Positions 50,163 to 62,520 of a stretch of 64,000 bases of DNA are shown one piece after another. A program made the translations under genes and the position numbers. Numbering within the stretch: the first letter of the stretch is position 1; every line of letters starts with the position of its first letter. The notes beneath the pieces were generated by a model. That model made no database searches. It was given only the letters and a program-made list of their open reading frames with translations, and was not told the origin of the DNA. Source of the DNA: Eledone cirrhosa (Eukaryota); NCBI GenBank assembly GCA_964016885.1, contig OZ024741.1:329096001-329160000 (forward strand). Reading direction: 5' to 3'.

Positions 50163-53100
50163 ATGCCTAGAAAATGTTCCAGATCATTATATGGAAAGTC
50201 ATCTTCAGAGGCTAAGAGAAAGAAAACACAACGATCTGAAGAAAGTGAAGAAGTTCGGCATGCCCGTCTAGCTGCTAACAGAGCCCAAACAGCTCTAGCA
50301 CGAGCTCACCATTTGGATGAAAGGGAACAAAGGACTGCTGCTACACGAGAACAACAAATTAAGGAATAGCAGCAAATCAGACGAAATGCTAATCAAGCAC
50401 ATCGTTTCTACTGTCCGAGCAGGAGAACAAGCCACAAGTAAAATGAACTGGCTGATGGGTGCTTTTTCTTATGAACCCCCAAAGGACTACAGCAGTAATC
50501 CACAAATCAACATTGGGAAAATGAACAAATGCTGCCAGTATTGTGGTGCCAAGAAGTAGGCAGCAGAAACACCAAGTCTATGCTGCTCAAAATGCAAAGT
50601 GAGCCTTAAAACAATACAAGAACATCCTGAATTTCTGAAGAATCTGCTTCTTCAGCATACACCAGAAGCACGCCACTTCAATAAATACATCATAAAATAT
50701 AATTCTGCCTTTCAAATGACATATTTTGAGGCTGATAGGAATGTGATTGACTTTAGATTCTGTACAACTTATAAAATTCAGGGACAGTGTTACCACTTAG
50801 TGGGTGGCCTTCTGCTACTTTTACAGGAGCCTCACAAATTTGTGCAGGTTTACTTCATGAAACACAGGCACAACAAAGATGTACCAATGTCCATGGAGGA
50901 TTGCAGTTCTACATAGTCATAAAGTTACAAGAAATGCTTCACCAACATCACATGTATGTCAGTGTATTCAAATATGCACTGGAGCATATGAACAACACCA
51001 GAGATCGTAAAATCATCATTAGGGAAGACAAACGCTCAGATTCAGAACATGAATGTAGATTCAATGCACCTGTCACTGATGAAGTTGCAATCATAATGGT
51101 TGATGAACAGCATGAACGACGTGACATTGTTTTGAAAAAACAAAGTGGACATTTGGAGCGAATTTGTGAAACTCATAGAGCCTATGATTCACTCCAATAT
51201 CGGCTCATCTTTCGAAATGGTCAAGATGGATATCATGTTCAGCTACGGCAGATCAGCCCAGGAACGGGACAAGAAACTGGCCGATCAATCAGCTGCAAAG
51301 AATTCTATGCTTATCATTTCATGGTACGTGATCACTTCAACCAAGTTCTGCGGTTCAAAGAAGTAACCAGCCAGTTCATGGTGGACATGTATGCCAAAAT
51401 TGAAACACAAAGATTGGGTTTTCTGCGAAAGAATCAAACTAAGTTGAAGGCAGATAACTATATCCACCTTAGAGATGCCATCAATTCTGATGTTGACCCA
51501 AGAAATATTGGCCAGCCAGTTATACTACCATCAAGCTTCACGGGAGGACCACGTACGCAAGATGCAATAGCCTATGTCACAAAATTTGGTCGGCCAGATC
51601 TCTTCATTACATTTACATGCAATTCAAACTGGTCAAAAATATCAAATGAATTATTTCAAAATCAAAAACCAAAGGATCGACATGAACTCATTGCTCGGGA
51701 TTTCCATGAAAAGCAAAAAAAAACCCACCTCATCTGGCTCCTAAAAGAAGGAAGAATCTTTGGTGAGCTTAGTGCTTGGATGACCACTATTGAGTGGCAG
51801 AAGAGAGGTATTCCTCACTCACATACACTAATCTGGTGCAAGGAGAAGATAAGACCAGAGCATGTTGATAAGATCATTTCAGCAGAGTTGCCTGATAAAG
51901 GTGGTGATCCAGAGCTCTTTGAAACCATCAAGTCCAAACTCATTCATGGTCCATTTGGAGTCATCAATCCAGCATCTCCCTGCATGAAAGATAAAAAATG
52001 CAGCAAACATTATCCTAGAGCTTTTATTCGGGAAACTCGGACTGACAATAATGGATACCCCCTTTATCGAAGGCGTAGACCAGAACATGGAGGCAATACT
52101 GCAAGCCTAACAGTTCCAGGAGAGGAGCTGACCATAAACAATCAGTGGGTCGTCCCACACAACAAATTGTTGTGTAAACTTTTAAAAGCGCATATCAATG
52201 TTGAGTAATGCAGCTCCGTCAAGGCAATCCTATATGTCACAAAATATATCAACAAGGGCAGAGACATGGCTACCTTTATTACTAACAAAGATCTCAATGA
52301 TGGTGGGCTGGATGAGGTCAAACGATATCAAACAGGTCGATACATCTCCAGCAATGAAGTTATCTGGCGAATCTTTGGATGTGATATCCATCAACGCCAC
52401 TCAACACTGGTCAACCTCGCAGTCCATCTGGAAAATGGACAGAGAGTGTACTTCACTGAGATCACTGCTCATCAGTTGGCACAAGCATCACATGACACTA
52501 CACTAACTGCTTTCTTTAAACTCTGCCAGAATGATGAATTTGGTCGATCCCACCTATATGCTGAAGTCCCAACATACTACACCTGGACTAATTGCAAGAC
52601 CTGGAATCGAAGAAAGGAGTGTCATTTAGTGGAAGGTCATGAAGTCAAGTCAAGTGATGCTATTGGGTGTGTTTACAATGTCCATCCCAACAACAAAAAA
52701 TGTTTTTATTTACGGCTACATCTGCATACTGTTCGAGGACCAACGTCATTTGAGGATCTTAGGTGCTTCAGAGGAAGGGAGTGCGCAACATACCAAGAAG
52801 CATGTAAACAGCATGGACTCCTGCATGACAATGCTCACTGGAAGAAGTGCCTAAAAGAAGCAGCAATCACTCAAGTAGCCAGCCAAATAAGACAATTATT
52901 TGCTATTATGCTCACAGCATGTGGAATTGAAGCTCATCTACTCTGGCAGGAGTACGAAAACAATATGTCGGACGACTATCTACAGCAAGCCCGAAGACAA
53001 TATGTATATGGCAATATGTATATGGAATATACCCCCAGGATTTACAATCAAGCTCTCTGTGACCTGTCCCATCGAGTTCAGGCAAAGAATAGAACATTAG

Positions 53101-54596
53101 CTAACTGTGGGATGCCAGAGCCAGATGAAGAAATAGAAGTAGCACAAGATATTTTTCAGGAGACAAACTACGATATTCAAGTATTGCGTAAGTTTGTGGA
53201 TGAAAATGAACCTCGAATGATGGATGACCAGAAGTACGCCTACCCCAACATCATCGAAAACATTCAAAATGACAGGGGAGGATTTTTCTTCATCGATGCT
53301 CCTGCTGGGACAGGCAAGACATTCCTCATAAACCTGCTGCTTGCAAAAGTTCGCCAAAAGCAATATATTGCCCTTGCTGTGGCTTCAAGTGGCATTGCAG
53401 CAACACTTCTGGATGGAGGAAGAACTGCACACTCCATGTTTAAGCTGCCCATAGATCTCACATGGCATGAACAATCTTTTTGCAACATCAAGAAGAACTC
53501 ACCCAAGGGCAAGCTTCTGCAAACATGCAAGATGATAATTTGGGATGAAGCTACTATGAGCCATAAAGGAGCAATTGAAGCTTTGGACCGGACGATAAGG
53601 GATCTGAAAGAAAATAGTTGCATAATGGGAGGAGTGACAATGGTCCTTGCTGGTGATTTCAGACAAACTCTGCCTGTAATTATTCGAGGGACTCGAGCTG
53701 ATCAGGTCAATGCCTGTCTGAAAACATCCTATCGCTGACCCCACTTTCAGCTGCTGAACCTTACAACCAACATGCAAGTGTACCTAACTGGTGACGAAGG
53801 TGTCAGTGAGTTTGCCATCCAACTACTTAAATTGGGAAATGGACTTCTTGAAAAGGACTCCAATGACCATATTCTGTTGTCATTTGGCCATATCATTGAC
53901 ACAGCTCAAGGACTGATTTCCAGAGTGTTTCCAAACATTCAGACTAAGAAATGTGATCCGAAATAGCTCTGATGTTGCTGTGAAAGAAATCAACAGAAGG
54001 CTACTGGAAATAGCTCTGATTTTGCTGTGAAAGAAATCAACAGAAGGCTACTGGAGATGTTACCGGGAGAGAAAATATGCTACAAATCAGTTGACACATT
54101 CACTTCTCATGACCAGGTTGTAAACTATCCAACTGAATTTTTGAACAGTCTTGAACAAGCGGGAATTCCTCCACACATCCTGATACGGAAGCTTGGAGCA
54201 TCGGTTATGCTACTTCGCAATCTGGATCCTCCAAAACTTTGTAATGGCAGTAGACTCATCATCAAAAATATGATGTCCAATGTTCTAGAAGTTGCAATCA
54301 TGTCAAGAAAATTTGCTGGTGACAATTGTTTCATTCCCAGAATACCTCTGAAGCCAATTGATTTGCCATTTGAATTTCAAAGACTTCAATTTCCGATCAG
54401 GCTCAGTTTTGCCATGACCATTAATAAATCTCAAAGGCAATCATTGAAAGACGTTGGGTTGAATCTGGCAGATCCTGTCTTTTCACACGGTCAACTCTAT
54501 GTTGGCACAACAAGGGTTGGGAACCCTGATTGTCTCTTCATTGTGAAACCACAGGGAAAAACCAAGTATGTTGTTTATCCAGAGGCTTTGGAATGA
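50163..54596 (+). pseudogene. Helitron Rep/Helicase (HUH Y2 endonuclease + PIF1-like SF1 helicase), disrupted
   Basis: Zn finger CQYCGAK...CC; Rep motifs GRPDLFITFTCN, IEWQKRGIPHSH, YVTKYINKG; helicase FIDAPAGTGKTF, IIWDEATM, LAGDFRQTLPV, QFPIRLSFAMTINKSQ, FSHGQLYV; multiple stops and frameshifts. Confidence 0.93.
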
Positions 54597-55889
54597 GCAA
54601 TGTCGTAATTCCTCATTCAATGACAATACACACAGATCCTAATTCCTTAGTCATGTAGTTTGCAAGGAATTCTGAAGCCGCAAATTTACTACATGGCGTT
54701 GCTTTGGAAGAATATGCAGGCATTCCCGGGTACCTCTGCTATATAAAGTAGTATAAGTGAGGACTTTGTTGAATAGAAATAGTAGACAAATTTCATTCAA
54801 ATCCGACCTTACTTTCTCAGGCATGTATATATGTATGAAGCAAAAAGGAATGGTTCTATGTGATAACTCGATCTACTAAAAATATTAGCAGAATCCATTT
54901 CAAATCACAAACAACTGTCTTACACACATACATGTCTGTGTATGTATCTATGTATGTCATGTGAGCCACTATACCTGTTGGTATAGCTAATAGAAATAGA
55001 AAACAAATCTCCCTCAAACAAGATCCTACTGCCATAGAGTCAAAGATTGGTGAAAGCTACAATATACAAATTTAAATACACTTTCTCCGAATTACAGAAA
55101 TGAGTAAGTAAATGCTTCATTCAATCATAAACCAATGCTAAATTTATTTTCTTATTTTATTTATGGTTTTTAAAATAGTCTTTACATGTTTGAATTTCAG
55201 AGGTTCCGATTGAGCAAAGAAAGAAAAAAGAAAGAAAAGGATAAATAGAAAAAAATCTAAATGTATTTTTTTTGTCATGCCCTTTTCACTGACAACATAC
55301 CTAATGATTCATCTATGAGTAAAGCATTATATATGCTGAATGTAATAGGGAGCAGTATTCAAAAAATCACCACTGGAAAAAACTAATATTTTTATCTAGA
55401 TGATTTACTTTGACCAAACGGCAATAAATATTCTGCTATAATTCCTACTTTGGTTAACATTCAGCAATTATATTTGAATGGTCAAATAATTTGTAATGTG
55501 TGCCAAATATATTGTAACTTTCATAAAATACCCGGGTATCACCGGGTAGCTTAGCTAGTATATATATATAAAGGGATATTAAATGGGCGTCTGCGTTGAT
55601 GTGGAATGAGTGAAACGTTGAAGAAATATGAAACATCAAATATAACATCCCTACATTTATTATGTAAATATTTATCAAATCAATTAACGTAAACGCGATT
55701 GTTTTAAATAGTAAACAAAATCTATGGTTGATACTTCAGAATGTTCAATACAAATTCACATGATGGAAAATATTTCTTAAATAATTTATTACTATACAGT
55801 TGTTTCAATACAACAGTCATGTAATAATAGTGTCAGAACATTATATTATAATAGAATATAAACGAAAAAATATATATTGTACCTAACTA

Positions 55890-56610
55890 AGGTTCAGTAA
55901 CAGCAACGTATCTTTAGGATGAGCCAATCAACCTTCTCTCGGAAATGGCAGCTGAGTTGAATAGTTTCACAACCACTTCACTGACTCCCAGAACATATTG
56001 TCATTAGAGTTGATATTCCCTTCTAAGTGAAAGCAGACTTCATCAGAGGTCCATAGCAGAATGAAAAATTTGCTTTGTTTTCCATCTTCTCCATCCTTTT
56101 CTCAGTCATAGCCCTTCTCTTGGCCTTCGCAAGTAAGATTTTCTTTAGTCTGTATTCTGTAGGAGTATTCCTTCTGCAAGTTGCTGCGGAGAGATCCAAA
56201 GACTGACTAATTTTGCGCAGGAATCGTTTTGGACTGTGTTCAACAGGCTCTTGGACCATATCAATAACTCCCTGTCAACGCTTTCTACTTTGTCCTCAGG
56301 CATTGTATTGCGGTTCGCTACATTCCCGTAGGTCTCAAACGTCTTCACCCAGTTTTGTATATTGACTTTGAATGGAGATTTGTCCGTTCCAAAAACATGT
56401 TTGAAATTGCTCCTGGACCTGCTTGTACGAGCCACACTTATAGTAAATTTTCAGACAGCAAATCCAGTGTTCGAACGCTCACATGGGTGCTGTCGTCTTC
56501 CCAGATGCTGTATCCGCCATGTGCTGGAATTTAAGATTGGTCGATTAGAAAATGAATATAAAGTGACACAAAACGTGTGCGGGGCCAGCTTTTCTTTTAG
56601 TCACCTTGTA
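55890..56610 (-). mobile_element. Tc1/mariner-superfamily DNA transposon, 5' remnant
   Basis: TA|CAAGGTGACTAAAA terminus at 56608; HTH-like IQNWVKTFETYGNV and SPKRFLRKISQSLDLSAATCRR; first catalytic motif WTSDEVCFHLEGNIN...NMFW at about 55988-56052. Confidence 0.75.
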
Positions 56611-56841
56611 TATACGTGTATATATATATGTATGTGTGCGTGTATCTGTGTATTGTAAATAAAAAGTCTCATATATAGGGCACATAAGCTACTTTTATTC
56701 TAGAATTAAGTAGATGTCATTAAAGGACTTGGGACATGTAACCTGAAGCGGATAACTTTATTAACTCCTCTAGTGCTTTACAACATTTCTTTCAATTGTT
56801 AATTAGTCCAATTTATGCCAGAATAGAAATATGCATGTAAA

Positions 56842-56874
56842 ATGATGATGATGATGATGATGATGATGAGGATG

Positions 56875-56909
<35 letters not shown>

Positions 56910-56941
56910 ATTGATGATGATGATGATGATGAGGATGATGA
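56842..56941. repeat. (GAT)n microsatellite
   Basis: About 33 GAT/GAG units. Confidence 0.9.
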
Positions 56942-57379
56942 AATTATTGTTGCTCTGAAGTAATTCAATGAAATTTAATTTAATTTAATTCAAGCTGTTT
57001 GTCTTTAGTGGGGAAGGCCTAGTTTAAAACTCGGATATTGGTCAATATTGTGTATCCTGGGAAACCGCTAAGTCATCGCTTATAAATGTATTAATGTTCT
57101 ACTCAATCAATATTTGCTTCCCTTTAATTTAGTTCGATATGCAGAAAAATAAATTGGTTTAGCCGTTCGGAGAAATTTGAACTCCATAAAACAATTATTT
57201 AAGGTTCAAATACCATTAGCTATAAACAAGACATTGTCAGGTAATTCAAGAAACCACCAAAGCACAGAGGGTGTCAATTCTTGCTCACATATTTTGTGTA
57301 TCGAAGGATCCTTCATCATTTTCTACGATGAACATTCTGTTTTTTAATCAAGTTCTCACCGAATATATATATATAAATA

Positions 57380-57580
57380 TACGAGGGTCGGTTGAAAAGT
57401 TCATAGACCGACTAAAGTCATGGAATGACCAAATGAGGTGTATTTTTTTCAACATAGTCTCTGGAAAGAAACAATGTTGTTATTAATAAGAAGAGTTGAA
57501 ATGAATGCATGCAAGATATCATAGCTCTAGCATCAATCCTTCATAGTAGTCAGCTTATGAACTCTTCAACCGCCCTTCAT
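57380..57580. mobile_element. Mariner-type MITE (about 200 bp)
   Basis: TIRs TACGAGGGTCGGTTGAAAAGTTCATAGACCGACTA and (reverse complement) ATGAAGGGCGGTTGAAGAGTTCATAAGCTGACTA. Confidence 0.72.
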
Positions 57581-57620
57581 GTGTGCATATGTATATATTT
57601 GATATTTATTATTATTACTA

Positions 57621-57812
57621 AAGGCGGTGAATTGGCAGTATCGGTAGAGGGTCGGACACCATGCTTTCCAGCATAGTTACGTCCCTTTACGGTCTGAGTT
57701 CAAATCCCGTCGAGGTTAACTTTGCCTTTCATCCTTACGGGTTCGATAAAATAAAGTACTAGTAATGTACTGGGTAATTGCTGGTCTTGTGGCAAAAGTA
57801 GAAACAATTATT
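57621..57812 (+). mobile_element. tRNA-derived SINE
   Basis: GGCGGTGAATTGGCAGTATCGG (A box), GAGTTCAAATCCC (B box), Deu/Nin-like core, (ATT)n tail. Confidence 0.85.
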
Positions 57813-57817
57813 ATTAC

Positions 57818-57851
<34 letters not shown>

Positions 57852-58102
57852 CATATATATATGTGTGTGTGTGTTTGTACATATATATATATGTGTGTAA
57901 TTTTATATATGTGTGTTTGTGTAACCGTGACTGCAACAATGTGTATATTCATATATACATTTTTTTAATATGTAGACAGGTAAACATGCCAGAAAAAAAT
58001 ACGAATTATAAAATTGAAATAATAATAAACTTCTTTAACAGATATTTGGATTTAATAGAATCCTTGTCAGAAGTCGTGTATATCATCCGATCAACCACAA
58101 GG

Positions 58103-58178
<76 letters not shown>

Positions 58179-58205
58179 CGAAAGAAGTGTGGTAAGGAAC
58201 CAGGT

Positions 58206-58249
58206 GGCCGTTTCGACAGCTAGGTTCAGACCTAGCTGTCGAAACGGCC
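58206..58249. repeat. Perfect 20-bp hairpin
   Basis: GGCCGTTTCGACAGCTAGGT-tcag-ACCTAGCTGTCGAAACGGCC. Confidence 0.9.
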
Positions 58250-59419
58250 GGAGCTTAGCCGTCTGGATCCTGACTCTTTTCCTTTATATATATATATATA
58301 TGTGAAAAACGGCAAGAAGAAACAATGCGGAAAAGCAATACAGTAAATAAATGATATGTATTTGTTTAAATCTCCATATAGAAAGGAAAGTTTCTCAAAG
58401 TTTCCGATGTTAAGAGACAGAAAAGAAGAAACATAACATGGGACTAAGTTGGAACGTTGAATTACTGGTAAATACAATATATTTTGGGGTCAACTGTGTC
58501 TTTTATCAATTCAACGTCAATAAGAAATGTACTATTCAAGCACTGGAGTAGGTTTTTCCTCTATATCTCTTTTTTAATTCCATTCTCTCACCCTCTCTAT
58601 CCTTCTTTGGAGGAAATCTGCTTTATTCAAACCTGAAGAGGAAATGGGCTCTGCCAGGCTTTAAACGAATGCCCTAGAAAAGCCAGGAGTTACGTGACCA
58701 TACATCCATACATACAATATGTGCAAAGGATTTTCCTTTATTTGAATATTCTATTTCCTCGTTTGCTTTCGGATTTAGAAATTATTCTTTCTTGAATAAT
58801 AAATATTTGATTTTCCATCAATTAGTTTACATCAACAATTTTGATATCAACTGAATTTCATTACAGACTGAATGTTTTTATATAGGTTTTTATATAGGTG
58901 ACGTATTGATAGAGTCGTTGAGGCGTCGAGTAAAATACCTAGGTATTTGTTCCAGCTATTGGTACTCAGACCTCAAAATTCCGCCGAAGTTGACTTTATC
59001 TTTCATAATTTTCGTGTAGATAAAGAAAGTACCAGTACTTTGGTGCCGGATAGGTGGAATTATTTAAGTATCGGGAGATGGCTTGAGGTAGCTGATCTAA
59101 CTTTGTGAATTATGACTTCAAAGCCCGCCACTCTCCGCCAAGATTTGCGAGCGGCAGATAGTATTAATAATATATATGAAAAATTCGGAACCCCGACGGC
59201 TGAGGTCCTGTCGTTGCAATAGCTAGATTATTCTGGTGAGTAATGATCTAACTGGGTTTTACTGCATCTATCCTGATTTATATATAGAGAGACAGATAGA
59301 TACATAGATAGCAAAATAGCGACTGAAATCCATGGAATTGTATCTGCTTTGAACAAACGTTATATGATTGTAAGGAAAATTTTCTGAAGCTTTCATTAAA
59401 TCAAATGTTCCATCCTACA

Positions 59420-59770
59420 AAATATTTTGCCAGGAGCCTGTACTACAAATGTTTCTTTATTTTGTGTGTGCATATGTTTTGTATGTATATAACAACTGTT
59501 TCATTTTTGTGTATGTATTTTGTGAATATTTTACAAATGCTTTTTTTGTGTGTGTATATTTTGTATGTATATTACAAATGCCTCGTTTTCTGTGTATGTA
59601 TTATAAATGTTTCTTTCTTGTCTATATGTTGTGTGTGTATTACAAACGTTTCTTTTTCTATGTATTTTGTATGTATAAAATAAATGTTTCTTTTGGTGTG
59701 TATTTGTATGTTTATTATACATATTACTTTTTGTGTAAGGGCATTTTGCGTGTGTATTATAAATATCTCT
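59420..59770. repeat. Degenerate AT/GT-rich minisatellite
   Basis: Recurring ATTACAAATGTTTCTTTT...TGTGTGTAT...TTTGTATGT units of roughly 35-45 bp. Confidence 0.6.
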
Positions 59771-59866
59771 GTGTGTGTCTGTGTGTGTGTGTATGAGTGT
59801 GTCTGTGTGTGTATAAGTATGTGCGGGTGTGTGGGTGTATGAGTATGTGTGTGTGTGTGTTTGCGT

Positions 59867-60041
<175 letters not shown>

Positions 60042-60286
60042 TGTGTGTGTGTGTTATTTTTAATCCCATTAATTACAGGGAAGGAACAGTTAAATACAGT
60101 TCCTTATTTTCTCTTCTCTGCAATCATGAAATAGATTCACAGTAAGGGCTGAGGGATTGCCAACATTAAATAGCAACAATTCTCTGACATCTCCTTGGAA
60201 TACATTATAAATGATTATTTTTTTAATAGAAACAGAGAAATCTGATAGAATAGAATACATACCTACATGGGTATTTGTGTTTATAC

Positions 60287-60350
<64 letters not shown>

Positions 60351-60358
60351 ATCTATGC

Positions 60359-60413
<55 letters not shown>

Positions 60414-60761
60414 AATATATAACTGTACATAATGTATGTATATTTGTATATCTATATGTATGTTGACTTTTGCAATTTTTATAGGAGTGTTTTCCATTAA
60501 CACGAACACACATAAAATTAAAAAGGTGGCACACACTCACGCTTCTCCATATCTATGTATGTGTATCTGTATGTGTATATGTGTGTGTATATGTATGTGC
60601 ATCCGTGTGTGTGCCCGTCTCCTCCTCATCATCACTATCATCATCATTTAACACACGTTTACTATTATATATAGATAGATAGATAGATAGATATATAGAT
60701 AGATAGTAATCTATATATATAATATATATACATAAAATATATATAATATATATATATAAAA

Positions 60762-60819
<58 letters not shown>

Positions 60820-61256
60820 AAATATATATATAATATAAATATATATATACATATATAATATATATATATTTATAATATATGTATATATATTATATATGCG
60901 TATATTCATACATACATACATACATGCATACATACATACATACATAATTATATTTCCTTGATTAAAGCTTAGTACAGGAATCTGTCATCTTTACTTCATT
61001 ACATCTAGTTTGTTGCTTTGTTTCTTCTCAGTAGATGAAAGCATGAGAAGGGAGAAGAAAATGATGAGACATATACCTTAAAGAAAAAACTAAGGATAGG
61101 GACGAGGAGGAGGAGGAAGAAGAAGAGGAGGGAGGGTACGAGGAGGGGGGGGGGGTGAAATGCGGATGGCGAAAGAGGGACGGGTGGAGGAGAGAAACAA
61201 AGCCGTGGAGGAGGAGATGGTTAATAATGAGTGGATGGGTGCTAGATAATAATAAT

Positions 61257-61440
61257 TGTTTCTACTTTTGGCACAAGGCCAGCAAATACCCAGTACATAA
61301 CTAGTACTTTATTTTATCGACCCCGTAAGGATGAAAGGCAAAGTGAACCTCGGCGGGATTTGAACTCAGACCGTAAAGGGACGTAACTATGCTGGAAAGC
61401 ATGGCGTCCGACTCTCTACCGATACTGCCAATCCACCGGT
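61257..61440 (-). mobile_element. tRNA-derived SINE with 14-bp target-site duplication
   Basis: TAGATAATAATAAT at 61243-61256 and 61441-61454. Confidence 0.85.
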
Positions 61441-61632
61441 TAGATAATAATAATAATCAGAAGAGGAACTCTTAAGTATTGTAGAATCATCATCATCATC
61501 ATCGTCATCATCGCCGTCGTCGATGTCTCTTATAACATCTGTTAAGAAGTTGAGAAGTAGAAAAAGACCAAATACAAGGAAACCATTTTATCTATTGTTG
61601 TTAAATGGATTTTGTTAATCTGTATAACTGAG

Positions 61633-61700
61633 AGAAGAAGAAGAAGAAGAAGAAGAAGAAGAAGAAGAAGAAGAAGAAGAAGAAGAAGAAGAAGAAGAAG

Positions 61701-61730
<30 letters not shown>
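61633..61730. repeat. (GAA)n microsatellite
   Basis: About 32 perfect GAA units. Confidence 0.95.
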
Positions 61731-61731
<1 letters not shown>

Positions 61732-61764
61732 GTGATAACAGCAGAATATGTGGAGATGTAGAAG

Positions 61765-62185
61765 ATAACAATTAGCCACATTATCTCTGTCTGACCAGTC
61801 TTAGTCAAAAAGGAATATATCCACAGACATGACAGAATTGCGATTTACATATAGTGGAAATTCTGCCAACACTGCGAAATACCAACAGAAAAATGGTGGT
61901 ACAGACACACACCAAAAAAGGCGTCAAAGAATGACAGTCACCATAGTCTGGGATATGCCAACACACACACAGAGATCAAGACCAATCGACCGGATACTAT
62001 AGCCAAATACTATAAAGGAAATCAATGTCTTAATCTCCCATAGAACTCAACATAACTACGAAGGAAATGGAAAATTTATCCAAAGATAAAGATCTAGAGA
62101 TAGAAATAACCCGGATGTTGTTGATGAAAACAGGCACAATATCTACAATAATATTAGGTGCTTTGGGAATAATAAAAAAACGCAG
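61765..62185 (+). mobile_element. Old R4/Dong-like LINE 3' fragment (RLE domain), missed by the ORF track
   Basis: Manual translation gives TISHIIS..PVLVKKEYIHRHDRIA..., WYRHTPKK, TIVWDMP, IKTNRPD, LSKDKDLEIEITRM and ILGALGIIKK, colinear with 19090-19520. Confidence 0.75.
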
Positions 62186-62489
62186 TCAGAGACATGTATG
62201 TATTTGTGTGTGTATGCGTGTGTATGCGTGTGCAAAATCACCATAAGCAAAATATTTGAACTCGCATCAAGTAAACCTTATATTACACTTAACGACTCTA
62301 AAGCGTATTCTTAAACCAAATGAACTAAGTATAGTTAACAGGCGTAAATCTGACACGATTGAGCTACAGATCAAACATATCTTAAGCATGAAAACATTAC
62401 GATATTGCCTATATCGGGTGCTCATAAGATTTATAGAAAACTATGAGAGATATGAATGGAACGGTGCTACTCATACACACACACACACA

Positions 62490-62520
<31 letters not shown>

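Larger units (their letters stand above)
46730..55558 (+). mobile_element. Formerly autonomous Helitron with nested insertions; 5' boundary tentative
   Basis: Helitron-like 5' context (TA)nAATGCAAG...TGTGTGTCCG at about 46730-46790; RepHel pseudogene; 3' hairpin ACCCGG-GTATCA-CCGGGT then CTAG|T at 55555-55558. Confidence 0.65.

Noticed and set aside
50163-54596. Host PIF1 helicase gene
   Set aside because: It is fused to an HUH Rep domain, intronless, full of stops and followed by Helitron termini.
47710-55558. One DNA transposon with CTAG-ended terminal inverted repeats
   Set aside because: Better explained as two oppositely oriented Helitron 3' ends, each with hairpin plus CTAG; a separate 5' TC end exists at 48767.
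58630-58695. AACCTGAAGAGG...GAAAAGCC, possible hammerhead
   Set aside because: Stem II and the cleavage triplet are unconvincing.
60090-60241. Minus-strand stretch DFSVSIKKIIIYNVFQGDVRELLLF... as a terminal exon
   Set aside because: An acceptor is plausible, but there is no recognisable homology or other support.
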